A stretch of 64,000 nucleotides of DNA from positions 4,416,001 to 4,480,000 of the forward strand of contig OZ223209.1 of assembly GCA_965140415.1 (NCBI GenBank), given 5' to 3'. The position numbers were made by a program, and so were the translations under genes. This DNA comes from Myxococcota bacterium (lineage in GTDB: Bacteria > Myxococcota_A > SURF-8). The notes beneath the pieces were generated by a model. That model was not told the DNA's origin. It made no database searches and saw only the letters and a list, made by a program, of their open reading frames with translations. This document shows positions 57,348 to 64,000 of this stretch, in pieces (the stretch's first letter is position 1; every line of letters begins with the position of its first letter).

Positions 57348-58529
57348 CTATTTTTCCAATGCGGCAATGCCAGGCAGCTTTTTGCCTTCCATAAATTCAA
57401 GCGATGCACCACCGCCGGTGGAGATATGCGTAATCCGGTCCGCCACTCCGGCACGATTGACCGCCGCCACCGAATCGCCACCACCGATGATCGAAACGGC
57501 ATCGCTTTCGGCAACCGCTTGAGCTAACGCCATGGTTCCCTCGGCAAAAGGCTTCTTCTCGAAAACACCCATCGGGCCGTTCCAGAAGATGGTCTTGGCT
57601 TTTTTGACTTCCTCGGCAAAGGCCGCGCGTGCCTTGGGACCGATATCCAGACCCATTTCCATATCACCGAATTCACCACTGTAGACTACACGCGTTTTCG
57701 CCTCGTCCGTGATCTCTTCAGACACGACGTGATCCTCTGGCAGCATCAGCTTGACATCGCGGGCTTTAGCTCCCTTGACGATCTTCAAAGCGAATTCCAC
57801 CCGGTCCTTTTCCAACAGCGATTTCCCGATGGAAAAGCCCTGAGCTTTCAGGAAAGTGTAGGCCATGCCGCCACCGACGATAATGCTGTCGGTCTTGTCC
57901 AGCAGGTTGTCCAATACGCCCATCTTGTCGCTGAGCTTGGCTCCGCCCAGAATCGCCACAAAGGGTCGCGCAGGCTCCAACACGGCCTTGGAAAGGTTCT
58001 CCACTTCCTTTTCGATCAGGAATCCCGCCGCCACTTCTTTTACAAAGCGCGTTACGCCTACGGTCGAGGCATGGGCGCGATGCGCGGTGCCGAAAGCGTC
58101 GTTGACGTACACGTCGCACATGACCGCCAGTTTCTTGGCGAAATTCTCGTCGTTGTCCGTTTCTTCCTTGTGGAAGCGCAAATTTTCCAGCAGCACGACC
58201 TGACCGGAACGCACATCCATCACGACTTTCTTTGCGCCGTCGCCGACACAGTCGTCCGTTAACAATACGTCGCGGTTAAGCAGCTCGGCCAATCGAGCCG
58301 CAACCGGCTCCAAGGACATTTCCTTTACGACCTTGCCTTTGGGGCGTCCGAGGTGCGACATCAGAATCAGCCGCGCCCCCTGGTCGATAATGTGCTTGAT
58401 GCTCGGCAGCGCCTTCTGAATGCGGGTATCGTCGGCGACCTTGCCATCTTTGATCGGGCAGTTGAAATCCACCCGCATCAAGACCCGCTTTTCGTTCAGT
58501 TCCAAGTCTTTCAATAAGCGAATGCCCAT
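57348..58529 (-). CDS. pgk: phosphoglycerate kinase
   Basis: [36 protein letters not shown]. Confidence 0.99.
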   Translation of the reverse strand: MGIRLLKDLELNEKRVLMRVDFNCPIKDGKVADDTRIQKALPSIKHIIDQGARLILMSHLGRPKGKVVKEMSLEPVAARLAELLNRDVLLTDDCVGDGAKKVVMDVRSGQVVLLENLRFHKEETDNDENFAKKLAVMCDVYVNDAFGTAHRAHASTVGVTRFVKEVAAGFLIEKEVENLSKAVLEPARPFVAILGGAKLSDKMGVLDNLLDKTDSIIVGGGMAYTFLKAQGFSIGKSLLEKDRVEFALKIVKGAKARDVKLMLPEDHVVSEEITDEAKTRVVYSGEFGDMEMGLDIGPKARAAFAEEVKKAKTIFWNGPMGVFEKKPFAEGTMALAQAVAESDAVSIIGGGDSVAAVNRAGVADRITHISTGGGASLEFMEGKKLPGIAALEK

Positions 58530-58538
58530 GACATCCTC

Positions 58539-59555
58539 CTAGGCGTTCATTGCGTATTTCGCCAGATCGATCATACGAGTCGAATAACCGGTCTCGTTGT
58601 CGTACCAGGTAATGACCTTGACCTGCTTGCCTTCACCGCCCAACACGCGCGTCATCAGCGAATCGAAGGTGCTGCTTACCGCCGCGCCGTTGAAATCGTT
58701 GGAAACCAGCGGTTCGTCCGTATAGGCCAGAACGCCCTTCAGTTCTCCCTCAGCCGCTTCTTTGATCGCCGCATTGATCTGCTCGGCGGTTACGGCAGTG
58801 CTCAGGTTGGCGGTCAGATCCACCAGCGAAACATTCGGTGTGGGAACGCGAATGGCAAAGCCGTCCAGTTTACCGTTCAATTCCGGGATAACCAGGCCAA
58901 CGGCTTTAGCCGCACCGGTGGTGGTCGGAATCATCGAAACCGCCGCCGCACGGGCGCGACGCAGATCCTTGTGGCCCGCGTCCAGCGTGTGCTGGTCGTT
59001 GGTGTAGGAATGGATGGTGGTCATCAGGCCGCCCTCGATACCGAATTTGTCGTGCAGTACGCGCGCCACCGGAGCCAGGCAGTTGGTGGTGCAGGAAGCA
59101 TTGCTGATGATCTTGTGCTTATTCGGATCGAAGGTCTTGTGGTTGACGCCCATCACGAAGGTGCCATCCACTTCGTCCGCTTCTTTCTTCGGGCGCGATA
59201 CGATGACGAATTTCACACCGGCTTCGATGAACTTCTGTAACTTGGCTTTACCAACGATTTTTCCGGTGCATTCGAACACCACATCCGCCGAAGCGAAATT
59301 CTTGGCGACCTGATCGACATCGGTAGTCGAATAAATCGGAATGTTTTTGCCGTTAACGGCGATGCCGTTTTCACTGGCTTCCACCGTGGCATTCAAGCGA
59401 CCGTGAACCGAATCGTACTTGAGCAGGTGGATGCTCGTGGGAACCGGGGTCAGATCGTTGATGCCGACCACTTCCACATCGTCATAGCCCAGAGTCTGAC
59501 GAAATACGACGCGACCAATGCGACCAAAACCGTTGATAGCGACTTTAATACCCAT
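58539..59555 (-). CDS. gap: type I glyceraldehyde-3-phosphate dehydrogenase
   Basis: INGFGRIGR, SNASCTTNCL, WYDNE. Confidence 0.99.
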   Translation of the reverse strand: MGIKVAINGFGRIGRVVFRQTLGYDDVEVVGINDLTPVPTSIHLLKYDSVHGRLNATVEASENGIAVNGKNIPIYSTTDVDQVAKNFASADVVFECTGKIVGKAKLQKFIEAGVKFVIVSRPKKEADEVDGTFVMGVNHKTFDPNKHKIISNASCTTNCLAPVARVLHDKFGIEGGLMTTIHSYTNDQHTLDAGHKDLRRARAAAVSMIPTTTGAAKAVGLVIPELNGKLDGFAIRVPTPNVSLVDLTANLSTAVTAEQINAAIKEAAEGELKGVLAYTDEPLVSNDFNGAAVSSTFDSLMTRVLGGEGKQVKVITWYDNETGYSTRMIDLAKYAMNA

Positions 59556-59751
59556 TACTTTTCTCCTTTTCAAAGTTTCTTGAATGTTCCAAACTACTCA
59601 GGTTGACAGGTTTCCGACATTAACAATGTCCAGTAATTCTTTTCTCTTAATTACACCATCCACATCTACTCTCACTACTGCGAATGTTTTCCCCCTCGTA
59701 AACTTTTTCAGCCTTGTTCCATACAACCCATCCCGAATCAGCCGTCCGGGT

Positions 59752-60936
59752 TCACTTGTTTTTTCCCCACAGCGGCAGTTCGCTCGCAGCAGGAGTTTCC
59801 GAAGATGACTCGGAATCCGACTTATTGCCGGAAAAACGAATGGAATTGGTGAATCCACCCTTGGGGGCGGGTTTGTCCGTGGGTCGGGGTCGTTTGCGCC
59901 CTGGCGGCGCAGCCTCCGGCTTTGGAGTTGCAGCGGAAGCGACCGGAGCGGGCGCTTCGCCGTTATCATCCCTTTTAGCGGGGCCTGACCAGCGGTAGAG
60001 GTAGCGGTTGTACATTTTCTGATAGTTTGACCAACGATCGTTCGAGGTTTCTTCGTCCAGAATGGCCTGAAAACTGTAGATGCGCGCGTCCATATCATCC
60101 AATGCGGAGAGCACCATCGCTTCCATGATTTTGGGACGTTTCGGCGAACCGAACTCAAGCATCCCATGATGGGCTAGAATCATGTGTGTAATCAACATCT
60201 TGAGATCTTCGGGAAAATCCCCAAGCTCCCGGATTCTGTCGTTGAGCATTTCCACACCGATCGTAATGTGACCGATCAAACGGCCTTCATCGGTGTAACC
60301 CAGCGTTCGTTCGTATTCCAGTTCGCGCACTTTTCCAAGATCGTGGAAAAAGATTCCCGCCAGCAGCATGGATTCATCGACCTGCGGGTAGTGACCGCAA
60401 ACCAGTTTCCCAAGTTTGGCCAGCGAAAGAGTATGCTCCAGCAAGCCACCCAGAAATGGATGGTGAATCGCCTTGGCAGCCGGGGCGCGCACGTACTTTT
60501 TGAGGAAGTCTTCGTCATCCAGAAAAGATAAAATCAGGCGGCGGATATCCTCGTTGGGCAAGGGTTCGATCAATCCCCGCAGTTCCGCCAGCATCTGCTT
60601 CGTACCGAAGGAGGAAGTCGGCATGAAATCCGCAGGATCGACATCGTCTGCGGAAATGCGCCTGATATTGCCAACGCGCATCTGCAATTTGCCGTTATAA
60701 GTCGTAACGGTCGCCTTGACTTTAACGTAATCTCCTTCTTCGAACTGACCGGATAACGATTCGACGTTATCCCACACTTTGGCATCGACCGAACCGGTTT
60801 TATCCACCAGAGTCAACGCCAGATAAGGCAGCCCCGTTTTCCCGGTGAAACTACCCTTATTTTGACATAAAAAGACCGTAACGATCTGATCGTTCGGCTG
60901 TAACTCATTCACATACGTTTTTACAACATCCAACAT
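59752..60936 (-). CDS. yhaM: OB-fold plus HD-domain 3'-5' exoribonuclease, YhaM-like
   Basis: OB fold, APAAKAIHH..GGLLEH, HDLGK, GHI, HHG..GSPK. Confidence 0.85.
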   Translation of the reverse strand: MLDVVKTYVNELQPNDQIVTVFLCQNKGSFTGKTGLPYLALTLVDKTGSVDAKVWDNVESLSGQFEEGDYVKVKATVTTYNGKLQMRVGNIRRISADDVDPADFMPTSSFGTKQMLAELRGLIEPLPNEDIRRLILSFLDDEDFLKKYVRAPAAKAIHHPFLGGLLEHTLSLAKLGKLVCGHYPQVDESMLLAGIFFHDLGKVRELEYERTLGYTDEGRLIGHITIGVEMLNDRIRELGDFPEDLKMLITHMILAHHGMLEFGSPKRPKIMEAMVLSALDDMDARIYSFQAILDEETSNDRWSNYQKMYNRYLYRWSGPAKRDDNGEAPAPVASAATPKPEAAPPGRKRPRPTDKPAPKGGFTNSIRFSGNKSDSESSSETPAASELPLWGKNK

Positions 60937-61554
60937 CCGATTCTCCAATAAATCACCACAAATTGGAAAACTATGGTAGCACGACTCCAACCAAGGTCAA
61001 GCCTATTCAGTTATATTTACACCTTCTATCAAGGATATACTTCCTTTTAAAAAGACGTTGTTAGACCACCTTGCCTTCACTGCCCTCTCCTTGTTTTTTA
61101 GATACAATACCGCCGTTTTAAGTTGGAGAGATTTCACGTTCGACTTATGCCATCGAATCCAGGGAAACATTGCGTACACGTTTCCACTGGAAAAGGAATT
61201 CGTTAACAGCCCACACACAATCGCCAGGCTTTCTTTTCACATCAACCATCTTGACGTCCCTGATCTTCCCACAATCGTAACGCAATAGCCGACAACTAAT
61301 CTTTCACTATAGTTTCAAATAGTTACGCCACATCGCATTCCACATATTCTCACAATCCGTAATGTAGTAAACAACTAACTAAAAGCAAGTATAGAAGACA
61401 CCCTTTACTACTTTTTCCTTTTGAAACCGTTTTATTAAAAAACGATTGAGGTGGTACGCAAAGGCTTGAACCTCCGACCGGGCTGTGGTAATGAAAAGGA
61501 CATCGATTCTCGAATGAATCGGGTGATATTGTCAACAAGCAAGGAGCGTGTATC

Positions 61555-62277
61555 ATGGCCATAACCTTTCCCATTCTGATTATCACCGGACGCCCGGCAG
61601 CCGGAAAAAGCGAGGTCATCGACTTTCTCAAGCGTGTACCGGTCATCAAGCGCGCAGAGACTCTGCACATCGGTCCATTCGAAGAACTGGATGACTTCCC
61701 CTATCTGTGGGAAAAATTCGAAGAAGACGACATGTTGGAAAAAAGCGGTCGCGAGCGGCTGCATTCCGATTCGAAATATTATTTCAAAGACGAGTGGTTC
61801 TGGGATTTCATGATCGAAAAGATCAACCTGGAACTGCGCAAGAAAATGGCTAAAAAGCCCACACTGTTCGAAGACGGCAACACCGTCGTGATCGAATGGG
61901 CGCGTGGCGGTGAAAACGGAATCCGTCATTGCCTGGACGTGCATTGCGACGAAATCCTGGAACGCGCCGCCGTGATGTACATCGACGTGACCTACGAGGA
62001 ATCCGTACGCAAGAATCATCGCCGCGCCCGTCCGGGCGAGGAAGACAGCATTCTGTACCACTCGCTGCCCGACGAAAAAATGGACTTCTACTACAAAGTG
62101 AACGACTGGCAGGAAATCGCCGGGGATCAACTGGGCGGTTACATCGACGTGCGTGGCTTCAAGGTGCCTTATTCCGTGCTGCCCAACATGCCGGAAGTCA
62201 CCGATGCAGACGAAAAACTCGGTCCGGCGCTGGCGGAATCGCTCAAGCGCCTGTGGAAACTGTACACCGAGAAATGA
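61555..62277 (+). CDS. P-loop NTPase / nucleotide-kinase-like protein
   Basis: Walker A GRPAAGKS near the N-terminus. Confidence 0.7.
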   Translation: MAITFPILIITGRPAAGKSEVIDFLKRVPVIKRAETLHIGPFEELDDFPYLWEKFEEDDMLEKSGRERLHSDSKYYFKDEWFWDFMIEKINLELRKKMAKKPTLFEDGNTVVIEWARGGENGIRHCLDVHCDEILERAAVMYIDVTYEESVRKNHRRARPGEEDSILYHSLPDEKMDFYYKVNDWQEIAGDQLGGYIDVRGFKVPYSVLPNMPEVTDADEKLGPALAESLKRLWKLYTEK

Positions 62278-62302
62278 TTGGCCCCTTTACGGGGCTCGCC
62301 AC

Positions 62303-62342
62303 GGGAGACGGCGGCTCGCAAGGGTCGCCGTTTTCCCTTTTT
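62303..62342 (+). terminator. intrinsic terminator
   Basis: gggagacggcggctc-gcaa-gggtcgccgttttccc followed by ttttt. Confidence 0.7.
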
Positions 62343-62386
62343 AGGGTATTCGCTTTGCTCGCTAAAAAATTCCCATGGAGGAATGA

Positions 62387-64000
62387 ATGTTCAAGAATCG
62401 CTGCATTCATGTGTTGCTGATGCTCGTTGTTCTGTCGGGGCTACTCGTTTCCTGCGGGAAAACCAATCCTGACGAAAGCAACGGCGATTCGGATATCGAT
62501 TCTACAACAGACGGTGACATGGAATCCGGCGAGCAGGAAGAAGTGGAACTCGTTCAAATCGAGCGACTGGAACCGTTTCGTCCGCAACTGCATTTTTCGC
62601 CCCTATCCGGCTGGATGAACGATCCCAACGGCTTGATTTATCATGAAGGTGAATTTCATCTGTTCTACCAGTTCGGTCCAGAAAGCCTGCTGCTCTCTCC
62701 CATTCACTGGGGCCACGCCGTAAGCCGGGATCTGTTCCATTGGGAGGATCTTCCCATCGCCCTGTATCCGGACGACACCTTCGGCAAGGTGTATTCGGGC
62801 AGTTCCATCACCGACCTGGAAAACCGCAGCGGTCTATGTGAAATCGATGGCGAGCAAGATGCCTCCTGCCTGATCGCCATCTTCACCCATGCGGGCGGCG
62901 ACATCGGTGGGCAGAAACAGAGTCTGGCCGTCAGTCGCGACCGGGGCCGCAATTTCACGATGTACGAAGGCAACCCGGTGCTTACCGCACCGGATGGACA
63001 GGCGGATTTCCGCGATCCGAAAGTGTTTTTCCACGAGCAAAGCGACCGCTGGATCATGCCCTTGGCCGAAGGGGACCGTATCGGTTTCTACGCCTCGGAA
63101 AATCTGAAAGATTGGACTTGGCTCAGCGATTTCGAAAAGCAAAGCGGCGATGATACCGGCATGTGGGAATGCCCCGATCTGTTTCCCTTGTCCATTCAGG
63201 GCGATTCAAGTCAACGCAAATGGGTGTTACTGGTCAGCGTCTTTTCTGGCGGCCCGCAAGGCGGCTCCGGCGTGCGCAGTTTCATCGGGGAATTCGATGG
63301 CACCACCTTTACCTGTGAGTCGGAACGAGTCGAACCGGGCTGGCTGGACTGGGGCAGCGATTTTTACGCCTGGCAGTCTTTCGCCGATGCTTCCAATGAG
63401 CGGCGCATCGGGCTGGCCTGGATGAACAACTGGAGCTATGCTCCATCCATTCAAAGCGTCCCCTGGCAGGGAGCGATGAGTTTACCCAGAGAATTGACGC
63501 TCATTGATTCCGGTCAAGGAAAGTGGTCACTACGTCAATCTCCGGTAGCGGAATTTGAAAACCTTTCGGCAAACACACAGCTTGAACTACAAAATGACAC
63601 GTTGTCGGAATCGGAACCCATCGTTCTGGACGGATCGAAAAGCTTGGACATTCAACTTCAAATGGAACAAAGCGGGGAGGAACTGATTCTCTCTGTCGAA
63701 TCGAATGGTGAAACGCAGGCACAATTGACAGTGAACACCTCAAGCCAAACGCTTATTTTCGAACGGCAACAACCAAACGACCTTGACGCTCCATCAAGCT
63801 TCGCGGGACAGCATGAAGCCCCATTGTCTTCCAATTCGAAAAGCTACAGCTTGCGCGTGATTCTGGATCGTTCTTCGTTGGAAGCATTCATCAATGACGG
63901 TGAACTGGCGCTGACCGAACAGATTTTCCCGGACGAGGGCGAAAAGCGCGTCCGCATCGCCACAAAAGGCGGGGATGCCTCCGTCACAAAGCTTACGGTT
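62387..64000 (+). CDS. GH32 beta-fructosidase/levanase-type lipoprotein, runs off the window edge
   Basis: Not in the ORF track; read manually from ATG 62387 (RBS GGAGG). Lipobox LVSC, WMNDPNG, HWGHAVS, FRDPKV, WECP. Confidence 0.93.
   Translation, partial: MFKNRCIHVLLMLVVLSGLLVSCGKTNPDESNGDSDIDSTTDGDMESGEQEEVELVQIERLEPFRPQLHFSPLSGWMNDPNGLIYHEGEFHLFYQFGPESLLLSPIHWGHAVSRDLFHWEDLPIALYPDDTFGKVYSGSSITDLENRSGLCEIDGEQDASCLIAIFTHAGGDIGGQKQSLAVSRDRGRNFTMYEGNPVLTAPDGQADFRDPKVFFHEQSDRWIMPLAEGDRIGFYASENLKDWTWLSDFEKQSGDDTGMWECPDLFPLSIQGDSSQRKWVLLVSVFSGGPQGGSGVRSFIGEFDGTTFTCESERVEPGWLDWGSDFYAWQSFADASNERRIGLAWMNNWSYAPSIQSVPWQGAMSLPRELTLIDSGQGKWSLRQSPVAEFENLSANTQLELQNDTLSESEPIVLDGSKSLDIQLQMEQSGEELILSVESNGETQAQLTVNTSSQTLIFERQQPNDLDAPSSFAGQHEAPLSSNSKSYSLRVILDRSSLEAFINDGELALTEQIFPDEGEKRVRIATKGGDASVTKLTV

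Noticed and set aside
56360-57394. 344-aa plus-strand ORF (likewise 34098..35186, 29102..29995, 503..1090)
   Set aside because: Antisense shadows of well-supported genes.
60940-61550. ncRNA or small gene in the AT-rich divergent intergenic region
   Set aside because: Only one modest hairpin (about 61159-61191) and short ORFs without support.

Overview
Bacterial chromosomal window of moderate GC. A deltaproteobacterium (Myxococcota/Desulfobacterota-like lineage) is inferred from gene style, not proven. It holds about 50 CDS; I saw no rRNA, tRNA, CRISPR array or transposase. Housekeeping genes are gap-pgk-tpiA, tmk, a yhaM-like nuclease and a lemA/TPM cluster. Accessory content includes many lipoproteins with Asp-Gly-Asp (DGD) linkers, a ~1870-aa teneurin-like RHS/YD lipoprotein, an alkyl-DHAP-synthase-like lipid cluster, and a metal-transport operon in which a CDF transporter is fused to an HflK/SPFH domain. 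Several REP/MITE-like elements lie in intergenic regions. The most unusual signal is a non-coding 137-bp-period array at about 47870-48318. Each unit reads as an ECF-sigma promoter (GGAAT-N18-GTT), an invariant 70-nt C-rich RNA and a hairpin, i.e. a candidate tandem sRNA array divergent from a PilZ gene. All calls come from reading motifs by eye; no searches were run.
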